Part shown: piece by piece, positions 35,341 to 45,625 of the stretch
Position numbering within the stretch: position 1 is the first letter of the stretch
Layout: each line of letters begins with the position of its first letter
NCBI GenBank assembly: GCA_013265495.1
Contig: MU057887.1
Location: 3,559,668-3,623,667, forward strand
DNA: 64,000 nt
Direction of reading: 5' to 3'
Source of the DNA: Vicugna vicugna
Lineage: Eukaryota
Notes under the pieces: generated by a model
Databases searched by the model: none
What the model saw: the letters and a program-made list of their open reading frames with translations, nothing else
Told to the model about the DNA's origin: nothing
Program-made: the position numbers and the translations under genes

Positions 35341-36144
35341 GGACCGCTCTTCTGGCGGCTTGTCGTTACTCTTCGTAGTGTCATTTGATGTTACAAGTTA
35401 CACGTTTTTCTTTTTTTTCTTTTCCATCTTGCTTAACTTCTATTCTGTCTCCAAAATTATTGTCTTTTGCTTTATTTAAACTGCTGTTAACTGCACCTTG
35501 ATGTATTTTGCACTTCAAACACTGTATCTCCCTTTCTGGAAACCCCATCCGGTCTTCCCTGCGTTTTCTCCTTGTCGTGGTCATTGTTTCGTTTGCTCCC
35601 CGCGCTGTGTGGTGTATTCGTAATTCCCTTTACTGCCCTCGTCTCCTGATGTCGTCGTCTGTGCAGAGCTGCGTGTTTCTGTTGGTGGTTCCCTCCTGGT
35701 TGGAGGCAACGTTTTCCTGCTTTTCCGCACGTCTGGTAGTCTGGGTTTGAACGTCACTGTTGGGTGCAGGGTGGCGCGCTCCGCTGAGCGCTGAGACTTG
35801 CCCCAGGGCGCAGTGAGTCCGTCAGCAGCCCCACTTGGGGTTCGGGCCTCGGCTTCGTCAGGGCGGCTCCCGGGCAGCCTCTGCTCCGAGCGCCCGGGGC
35901 TGCGCCCCGAGGCCTCCGCCTGGCCCCGCACTCCATGGGGGCTCACGCTGCTGCCGGTCCTCAGTCCTGGGGGGTCTCCCAGGCACTTCTCTCCGTTGGT
36001 GCTTTGAGGGTGGGTCCCACACACCCACACAGAACATGTTCAGCCGCAACCTGAATCCGCGTGGTGGCAGCTGGACTCTGGGGGCTGCCCTGGTCAGTGT
36101 CCACGCGCCCATCTCATCCTGTCTGAGAAGCACTTTGCACACGT

Positions 36145-36420
36145 AGGCCAGCCTCGAAGGTGGCGCTGGAGGCGGATCTGGGCTGCCGCGGGGGAGCCAG
36201 TGGCACGCACGTTGGTTTCCCAGTGCAGAAAGGTGAGGTTTACGCTGTGCTGTAGCCTGAGTGTGCGACAGCGTCATGTCTGAAAAACTGCTTGCTCACC
36301 TTAATTAAAAAGCCGCTGTTGCTAAAAGGTGCTCACGGCAGCGCAGCCAGCCACAAGCCTCCAGTTTGTGAGAAACGTAGTATCTGTGAAGTGCAGCAGT
36401 GATAAAACAGTTTCATCTGG
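36145..36420. mobile_element. Tigger1-derived non-autonomous element (TcMar), GC-drifted
   Basis: TTGGTTTCCCAGTGCA, ACCTTAATTAAAAA, TTGCTAAAAGGTGCT, GCCACAAGCCTCCAGTTTGTGAGAAACGTAGTATCTGTGAAGTGCA recall Tigger1 termini. Confidence 0.55.
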
Positions 36421-38662
36421 TTTGCCAGCTGTCTGGGGCAGCCCCTCTGGGAGGGGCAGACCGGTCCGCATTCCCCCGTCAGCGCCAGAGCAGAAGTCTT
36501 TGCAGCTTTGTTCCCGGGTCTTTGTATTTCCGCACATTTTGCCCCCTGCTCATCAGCTACTGCAGAAGAGGGCTTTAGGATTTGGGTTGAAGCTGTGTTG
36601 AGTTTTGAGAGATCAGTTCAGGCAATACTGGTATCACGGCATCGTTGGGTTTCCTAGTTTGTGAGCTCCGTCTGTGTGGGTCTCCGATTTCTCTCAGCAC
36701 GCTTCATAGTTTCCAGTGCACATGTGATGTCCGTATTTTTAAAAAGTATCTCTAAATATTTTATATTATTGTACGCTGTTAAATGTGAAATTTAAAACGT
36801 TGCATTTTCAGTTATTGTATGACTAAAGGAATACTCTTCTCTATGTACACGAGGCTTGTATCTCCTGACTTTATAAATGCGCACGTTACTTCTAGCAGCT
36901 CTTGGCGGGTCCTTGTGAGTTTACCTCCACAGATACGTGTGATACAGAGAAGAGGGGCTGCACCTCTGCGTTCCCAGTTTGTGCACCTTTGGTTGCTGCT
37001 CATTTTTGTAGTCTCTTACTTTCTGCTTTTCTGTTTGTCTTCTGTATTTTATTTTTGAGAGCTACGTGTAATTACACGTGTGAAGTGTGTAATTACAGGT
37101 GGCGTTGTGGAACTACTGTTGCGCATGACCGTCTTGCACCTGCGCGCGGCAGCTCCGGGAGTGCAGCCTCCTTGCTGGGCGCCTGCTGCTTCTGCTTTCG
37201 GGCCTGGTGTTTCCCTGTATGTGTAGTGCTGCCTTATTTATATGCTAGTTTGTGATCCTGAATATCTGGCTTAACTCTGGGGTTTGTTACTTGGGGTGCT
37301 TTCTTCCCGAAACCACCTGCGCTTGCTTCAGGTGGCGGCGCGGCAGCCACAGGAGGGGGTGGGGTCCCTCGAAGGCTCTTGTCCTCGCCTTTGCCTCACT
37401 TTGGAAACGCGCTGGTTTGGAACGAGTCCTGGGGTGACCTCCCTGCTGTGGCCCAGCCCTGCATGGGGGTCACTGGCATGGGTGGGTGGATGGCCGTCGC
37501 CCCCGGATGCCTCACTTGGCGCTGGAGGCTCGGCCCTCCCTCCGCGGGCCACACGCACTGTCCCGGGAACACGGTGCAGGAAGGGGGATGAGGCTGCGCT
37601 CGGTTGCCAGGCAGGGATGCGTGGTGGGTGGGGGTGGGGTGCACCCCCCACCCCACCCTCGCAGGGGCCCACCGGCCACCCTGCCTGCTGCAGCCCAGCC
37701 TGCAGGGGGGTGCTGCTGCGGCCCCGCGGGGGTGCTGTGGCTTGAACCGGACCTGAGGACCTAAGGTGGCAGTTCCTCCGGCAGCTCATTCGCGGGGTCC
37801 TGGCTGCGGTGCCTCCTGCTGAGGGCAGCTAGGTGGCCCCAGTCAGGGACCAGCCAGAGTCCCCGCGGGTAGGGCGGGGCGGCCAAGCTTCTCCCTGCAT
37901 GTCCGGGCACAGGCCGGCTGGCACTGCATCCAGGCAGGTTATCCGGGCCCTTCATTGGCCTTCCCCGGGCTGAGCCGCCCCAGTGGACATGAGGTGGACA
38001 CCAGGGTGACCCCGTGAGCCCGTCCCCTCCACAGGTCGCTGTGCTGGTAACCGTGAAGGGCGAGCACGTAGGTTCTTACCCCCAGCAACCCTTTTATGCT
38101 GTCTGGCCCTCTTACCAACAGGTTGTTTGAATTTAAATTCATACCTTTAGTTTTTGCTTATTTTGCATTTTCAGGATATTTTCGTGGTGTAAGTGGATTG
38201 TAAAAAAATCAAGGAGCAAGGTTTCTATTTCAATTCACCATCATGTCATGTCTCTCTCTGCACGTGGAGACTGATGTGCCCATCACAGTGCAGACTGGAC
38301 ACGTGTGACTTAGATCGTGCCTCACGTGATTCGGTCTCTTACAGGTGACGCAGACGGGTCCCTGTGCTGCCAGGATGACCAGACTCCTGTCCCCACGGCC
38401 GGCAGGCCCCTGCTGCATAGGCACGCATCCACACCGTGCAGTGTGGCCTGGTCGGACTCCGGGGGAGCTGTGCTCTGCGCCCTGAGATGACATGGACTCT
38501 GGACTCTGCTTCTCAGCAAGATCTAGGATCAGCCATACTCACAAACACCCCGGAAGATAGGGTCACTCTGACAGAACTGAAGCTGGGCACCCGCGGGGCA
38601 CAGATGAGCACGTGGATTGACTTCCTGCCCACCTGAAGCCGGCCGAGTAGTTATGGTCAGTC

Positions 38663-41600
38663 ATGGAGAATAACCAGGAGACTAGGTCCGGAGGGGACGG
38701 GGGGTTCGTTTCCAATAAAATTAAGTTCAAAATAGAAGAGGACGACGATGGCCAGCTTCCTGGTCACGGCCTGGAGGACGGGCAGCAGGCGGACGGGGGG
38801 GACGACTACGGGGCGCTGCTCTCGCAGTACAGCAGCACCCTGTACAGCGTGGCCATGGAGGCCGTGGCGCAGAGCCTGCTCTCAGGCCGCGGCGCCGGCT
38901 CCAGGAAGAAGTCGCCAGCCTGGAAACACTTCTTCATCTCCCCCCGCGACAGCACCAAGGCCATCTGCACCTACTGCATGAAGGAGTTCAGCCGGGGCAA
39001 GAATGAGAAGGACCTGAGCACCAGCTGCCTCATGAGACACGTGAGGAGGGCGCACCCCACGGCACTGGCTGAGCCGGGGCCTGAGCCCGGCGGCGGGGGN
39101 NNNNNNNNNNNNNNNNNNNNNNNNNNNNNNNNNNNNNNNNNNNNNNNNNNNNNNNNNNNNNNNNNNNNNNNNNNNNCGGCCCCCGCCCACCGCCACCACT
39201 GCGGGAGACCTGGGCCCCTTGCTCTCACCCATCAAACTAGCCCAGAAAGGGGCCTCTCAGACGCCATCCCCCGAGCACACGACAGAGGAATCTGTGTCCG
39301 CCGTATCCTCTGAGGAGGTCTCATCCGACGTGCCTGGGTCTGAGAGGAACGGCCGGGAAGAGGCCTTGGGGGTGCCGCCTCCCCGCCTGCCTGCACCCCA
39401 CAGCGAGGATGCGGCGGACGGCGGGGCTGAGAGGAGCCTCCCCGTCCCCAGGAGCACGTCGGGGTCCCGGAGGAGGTCTGCGGTCTGGAAGCACTTCTAC
39501 CTGTCGCCGCTGGACAGCTCCAAGGCCGTGTGCATTCACTGCATGAACGAGTTCAGCCGCGGGAAGAACGGGAAGGACCTGGGCACCAGCTGCCTGATCC
39601 GGCACATGTGGCGGGCACACCGCGCCATCGTGCTGCGAGAGAATGGCGGGGGCGCAGCCGTGCCACCCCCCTACTCAGCGCCACCCACCCTGCTGCCCGC
39701 ACTGCCGCCGCCGGACGGAGAACCCGACTCCGTGTCCTCGTCCCCGGGGAAGCTGGTTCCCGAGTCCCCTTCCGCGTCCTCCTCCCCCGATCGGCTGCCA
39801 GAGGACCTGCCCACGCACCTGAGCGCCAGAGACGCGCTGCTGGAGGACGCAGCCACGCTGTCCTCCGACGATGCAGGTGAGGCCTCCCTGGCACCCTCTC
39901 CCGAGAAGGAGCGCGGCCCTGCGCCCAGCCCGCGCGCGCCCGAGGCGGGGGCCGTGTTCCAGCAGAACAGGAAGGTCATGCGGAGGCTCAAGTCGGAAGT
40001 GTGGCACCACTTTTCGCTGGCGCCCACCGACAGCCTCAAGGCCGTGTGCAGGCACTGCACCTGCGTCATCAGTCGCGGGAAGAAGGGTGACGTGGGCACC
40101 AGCTGTCTGATGCGGCACCTCTACCGGCGCCACCCGGACGTGGTCGGGAGCCAGAGGGGTCTTCTGGGCACCAGCCTGGCAAATTCTCCGTATGCCACCC
40201 TGGCTTCTGCAGAAACCGCCGCCGCCAAGGTGACCGACCTGCCCGCGGTGGTCACCAGGAGCGGTCCAGCCATGTTTCCCGTAAGCAGCAAGAAGACCTC
40301 CAAGCTGTGGAATCACTTTTCCACCTGCCCCGCAGACCCCACCAAGGTCGTGTGCTTGCACTGTGGCCGGACCATCAGCAGAGGCAAGAAACCCACCAAC
40401 CTGGGCACCAGCTGCCTTCTGCGGCACCTGCAGAGGTTCCACAGCGGCGCCCTGAAGCCCGACGCCCCCGCTGCCCCGCCCTCCACCACGGGTGGCCAGG
40501 CGCTCCCCAGCTCCGGGGCCACGGGGCCCCCCCCGGAGGACGACACCTCGGAGAGGTTCTGCGACTCTCACCCGGTCGCCAAGAAGATCACGCGTCTCGT
40601 GGCAGAGATGATGGCCCTGGACCTGCAGCCGTACTCGCTCGTGGACAGCGTGGGCTTCAGCAGGCTGCTCGCGCACCTGGCGCCGCAGTACTCGCTGCCC
40701 CCCCCCGCCTACTTCTCCAGGACCGCCATCCCCGGCATGTATGACCGCGTGAAGCGCGCGGTCATGTCTCACCTCCAGGCAGCGGAGAGCGGCGTTGTCC
40801 ACTTCACGTCCGGGATCTGGATGAGCAGCCAGACCCGCGAGTACCTGACCCTCACCGCCCACTGGGTCACCTTTGAGCCAGCGGCGCGGCCGCTCGGGGA
40901 GGACCACCACTGCTCGGCGCTCCTGGACGTGTCGCAGGTCGACTGTGACTACAGCGGCAGCAGCGTCCAGAAGCAGCTGGAGCGTTGGTGGGAGGCCTGG
41001 GTGACGTCCACCGGCCTCCAGGTAGGCATCACCGTCACTGACAACCCCAGCATTGGGAAGACGCTGAACGAGGGCGCGCGCTCCAGCGTGCAGTGCTTCA
41101 GCCACACGGTCGACCTCGTCGTCAGCGAGGCCATCAAAAGCCAGAGGATGGTACAGAGCCTGCTGAGCACCGCCCGCAAGATTTGCGAGCGCATCAGGCG
41201 CTCTCCCCGGGCCAGGGCCAAGCTGGCCGAGCTGCAGAAGGAGTACGAGCTGCCTCCCCACCACCTGCTGCAGGACGTGCCGTCCAGGTGGGGCACGTCC
41301 TTCCACATGCTGGAGCGGCTCATCGAGCAGAGGAGGGCAGTCAGCGAGCTGTCGGTGGAGTGCAACTTCCGGGAACTCCTTAGCAGCGACCAGTGGGAGG
41401 TCATGCAGTCTGTGTGCCACGCCCTGAAGCCCTTCGACGCCGCCAGCCGGGAGATGAGCGCCCAGGTGTCCACGCTCAGCCAGGTCATCCCCATGGTGCA
41501 TATCCTGAACCGCAGGGTGGAGATGCTGTTCCAGGAGACCATGGGCATCGACAGCATGCTCAAGTCCTTGCAGGAGGCCATGGCCGGCCGCCTGTCCGCC

Positions 41601-42116
41601 ACCCTCCGCGACCCCCGCTACGTGCTCGCCACACTCTTGGACCCGCGCTACAAAGCCTCTCTGTTCTCCGAGGAGGAGGCTGAGCAGTATAAGCAGGACT
41701 TGATCAGGGAACTGGAAATGCTGAATTCTACCTCAGAGCCCACGCCTGGCTCCCCACGGGGGGACTCGGCCGCAGACGGGAGCCTGTGGTCTCTCATGGC
41801 CACCGTGAAAAGGAGCGAGCCCAGGGGGCCGCCCAGGGTGCCCGAGGCCATGGTGCTGGCCTACCTGGAGGAGGAGGTGCTGGAGCACGGCTGCGACCCG
41901 CTCGCCTACTGGAACCTGAAGAAGGCGGCCTGGCCCAGCCTGTCTGCCTTGGCCGTGCGGTTCCTAGGCTGCCCCCCCAGCATCGTCCCCTCGGAGAAGC
42001 TGTTCAGTACGCCCACCGAGAATGGCAGCTGTGGCCAGTCCAGGCTCATGATGGAGCATTTTGAAAAGCTTATCTTTCTGAAGGTGAACCTCCCCTTAAT
42101 TTACTTTCAGTATTGA
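38663..42116 (+). CDS. ZBED4: Zinc finger BED domain-containing protein 4; single coding exon; domesticated hAT transposase; reading frame offset across the N gap
   Basis: MENN...KIKFKIEE start in good context (GTCATGG); four BED fingers (SPAWKHF..C..C...[27 protein letters not shown]); hAT core (TDN, CFSH, DVPSRW); C-terminal dimerization region DPLAYW...[12 protein letters not shown]; ends [21 protein letters not shown]-track pieces 38663-39099 and 39177-42116. Confidence 0.97.
39100..39176. other. Assembly gap (77 N) inside the ZBED4 CDS
   Basis: Run of N between G-rich and C-rich flanks. Confidence 1.
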
Positions 42117-43318
42117 AACGCACGGCGGGGCCACCGGCAGGGTGTCTGCTGGGGCTGGTGGCTCCTCCGGTCAGGGCTGCGCAGGACAGCAGACCGGCCC
42201 TCTCAGGTCCACACTGAGGCCCCCCAAGCCCTCCCTGACGTTGCACGTGCCTTACTCCTCTTCCTCCAGGCCAGGGACCTCGGCGTGTGTTTTAGGGCGT
42301 CCATTAAATACAGCCTGTCTTGTCAGTTATGAAATGCGATGATTCGGTTTCATTCAAACCTGTAAAGTGTTTTTAAAAGTCGGGGTGGGATACCGGTTTT
42401 ACTAGAATGGCCGAGAAGATACAAGCAGTTTTATTCTGTAGACTTTTTACTCGATTGTGTAAAAACCACGAATCAGGTACTGTACTGTAGTTTTAAATTG
42501 CTTTAATTGCAACAAAGCAGCTTTGCGGCTGTCAGGTAAAGCCTGTGAGAGACAGCGGAGCCGAAGCCGCCGCACAGGCCGTCGGGCTGCAGGCTGGAAG
42601 GGGGCCGGGGCCGGGGACCATCCGGGAGCGGGCGGTTCGCTGCAGCCGGCTCAGGTCTGGAGCCGGGGCTGCGCGCGGACGCCTCCTGCCGCGTCACTCG
42701 AGCGGGCTCGGTGCAGGGCGTGCTCCCTCTCAGGGGGCCACGAGGTCCGCTAGCTTGGACACGGCCCGGCCTCCTGCGTGAGCGCCGGTGGTGCCTGTGG
42801 TGTAGCCGTGCGCGTGGCGACACGTTTCCAGCGTCCTGCTGTTAAGTGTCCAGGCCTCTGACTCGGCGGCTCCGCACCGTGCAGCTGCCTTGAAACTTGT
42901 GCACTGAACCCCGATTTGATCAAATTCTGTATAAAACTGTTTTTAGAAGAGACGGTTTATTAACAGGGCGGAAGACTGTCATAGGACCGCTGTAAGACTA
43001 GCCTTAGGGGTTTAGACTTTCTTTTTATACGAGGGAAGGTCCAGCCATCAGTGGGGTATTTAGACTCCCGGACATCAGAACGGAGTGTCGGTTGTCAGGT
43101 TCTTTTACCAGTGCTGCGTCTTCAGAGTTTTTACTTCAACGTTTAGAAAAGGGTTCATTTTCTTACTTCAAACCAGTTAAATATTCTGGGTGAAACAAAT
43201 CACTGATTTGCCTATGACCTTTTGGAAGAGTCATTTTGTTAAAATACTGTACCTATTATTAACCTGAATTTGCATTGACTGTTTTAGTGTATTTATAAAT
43301 GGTGAACTCAGTTCTGAA

Positions 43319-43385
43319 ATTAAACTTTTTATTTGCAATTTTCTACTGCTGGAGGACACTGGCTTTTTATTCTCAGGATAATAAA
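43319..43385 (+). terminator. ZBED4: Candidate ZBED4 polyadenylation signals
   Basis: ATTAAA 43319-43324 with T-rich downstream sequence and AATAAA 43380-43385, at the end of an AT-rich 3'UTR-like block ~1.2 kb after the stop. Confidence 0.6.
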
Positions 43386-44998
43386 ACAGCCCTCCTCTTA
43401 GGGCCCAGCGCGTGCAGAAGCCGCTCGTGCCCACCTTTGGGTTGTCGCTGCGCCCGGCCGCGGGGGAGGAGGTGATGTTCTCGCATGGCGCTTCTCACCG
43501 TGGCGGGAACGTGATGGGAACCTCTAGGTGCTGTGTCTGCAGCAAGTGCAGTGACGCACGGGCTGGGGGAACGCCCCTCCTGTGTCCCTAGGGCGGCCGC
43601 TCGGAGCACCGGTCTGGGACAGCGGAGGGAGCTGCTCTGTGCTCCTCTGACCCTCAGGTCCCATGTGCCAATGTGTGTTCAGAGCGGAACTTCACTTGAG
43701 GACTTCAGTGCAGGGCTCGGGCCTCACAGATGTCCGCAGGCCGAGGGGCTGCGGCTGATGCTGTCCTGAGCAGAGGGTCCTGGGCCCATCGCGGGCTGAC
43801 GCAGTTCCAGCCCCACAAGGCCCACGGCCACGCTCGGTTGACCCCACCGCAGGCTCCTGGGCCCGCTGACCCACAGTGCTCAGCCACCGGGTCACAGCAG
43901 GGGTGGCCGCACCTTGGACAAGTGTAGGCACTTTTTCCTGCCAGAGTCTCTGTTCATGCCCCAGGGGTTCACCTCAGACAGGTCTCCGTGGCAGGGGTCC
44001 CCACAGGGGGCCGGGACCTTGGGCCTGTGTGCCCTGGCCCCAGCTGAGGGCTCCCCGGCCCCCACTCACTGCCCCAGCTGGCCTCGTGTGGCCTGGAGGG
44101 GCCTGGCAGCCCCGGTCTGGTAAGCTGTGGGGCCAGGAAGGAGGGTCTGCAGGAGGCAGTGGGGCACACTTAGGGCTCGGGGCTCTTCAGGAAGGCCGCG
44201 TCCTCAGGATCGGGGCACCGAGCTTTAAGCGGTTTTTCCAGGCTCAGCTGCTGCTGGCATGTGCGCTGCCTGTAGGACCGAGCAGCCACGAGGAGACTGC
44301 GGGTCCAGGGGCCGCCCAGGTCGCCGTGGGGCCCTTTCCAGAGCAAGGTTGCTGGCCTCTAGCACATCTCCCTCTTCAGTTTTTCACGCTCTAGGCCTCA
44401 GGCTGCTGTTCTCTGCTGGGGCCCTGAGTCCTGGTCAGCCGGCCCGGGCTCCTGAGTGATGGCCAGGCGCGCGTGCTCGGGGCCACAGGCCCGCAGCGTG
44501 CCGTGCTCTCGAGCCGGTGCTGATGCAGACGTCTCCATCCATGTAGCTGCAAACATGTTCCCAGGGCTCCAGCTTCAACGCCCCGTCCAGACCCCAGCCA
44601 CTCGAGGACGCTTTGGGCAGGCTGCTTCTAAGAAACCCCTCACATGAGCCTCAGAAACCGTCCCCTTTCAGGGAGTGAGTCCTGCTGCATGTGGTCAAAG
44701 CAGTGGGCGTCATTTAAAATTAAGACACCCTTTCCTTCCACTTCGGACGGCGAGGCAGCAGCTGGGTTAGACCGCCTCCCCCGAGAACTGCCAGAGCCAG
44801 AGGAAGCGTCTCTGTAAGAAGCGATTTGTGAAGACGTCAGAGCACCTCTGAGGCTTCGGGGACACGCCGGCCTTCTAGTGAGAAGAGGCTCTCACGAAGG
44901 GGGCCCCGCGTCCCCAGCCCTTCCTGTCCAGCCTCGGGCCAGGAGGCCAGACCCCGAGGCTTCCGGCGGGACCCAGGAGGGCAGTGAGGCAGCAGCCC

Positions 44999-45625
44999 TG
45001 AGACAGGAGGGAAGGGGGCAGGACACAGCCGCTCAAGGACTGACAGCAATTAACACCAAAATGGTGGAAGATTCCCCTCCCAGTTGGCCCTGAGGACTAA
45101 GAGGCTTGGCTTCTAGCAGACCCTGGGCTTCATCATATGCTCCTTGTAACTGCGGGGTAAGCGGCATGCCCGCAGGCGCCACGACAGCCCCGAGGCTAAC
45201 CACAGGAGGTCAGAGTGGGCGGCGGCCGGTTCCTGGGAACCCCAGCCCCTCCCCAGGGCAGCTGGAGCGGTCCCACCTGTAGGCGCGTGACGCTACCGAG
45301 CCCATAAGGCCTGGCACCACCACACCTGGCTGCCCTTTCTCGCTCCCTGTTCCTTGGAGCCGGCCCGCACTCTGGCTGTGGAGTGTGTGCCTGCTTTTAC
45401 TCTAGCCTGAGCGCCCAGTTCCCACGGCCCTTTCCTGGCCTTTCTCTGGCCTCACACCCCGTGCGGTGTGTGTCTCTAAATACATCTACCCTTACTCAGC
45501 TCCGGCCCGCACTTTAACTCTTTCCTGCACGAAGCCAAGGACCCACACTTGGCAGGACACGTCCCAGGGGCTCAGCCAAGACCTGAGGCACGGCCCTCAC
45601 GCCCCGTGGCCGTCTTCCTGCATCA
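44999..45625 (+). mobile_element. ERV1-class solo LTR (MER41-like)
   Basis: TGAGACAGGAGGGAAGGGGGCAGG ... CTTCCTGCATCA (TG...CA); near-matching 4-bp flanks GCCC/GCTC; TATA-like CCCATAAGG at 45301; U5-like AACTCTTTCCTGCACGAAGCCAAGGACCC. Confidence 0.7.

Noticed and set aside
34662..35378. 238-aa ORF in the ZBED4 intron
   Set aside because: Antisense reading of a GC-drifted L1 3' end.
39675..41501. 608-aa antisense ORF (and other long ORFs) overlapping ZBED4
   Set aside because: Shadow ORF of a very GC3-rich coding strand, which leaves few antisense stops; no recognisable domain.
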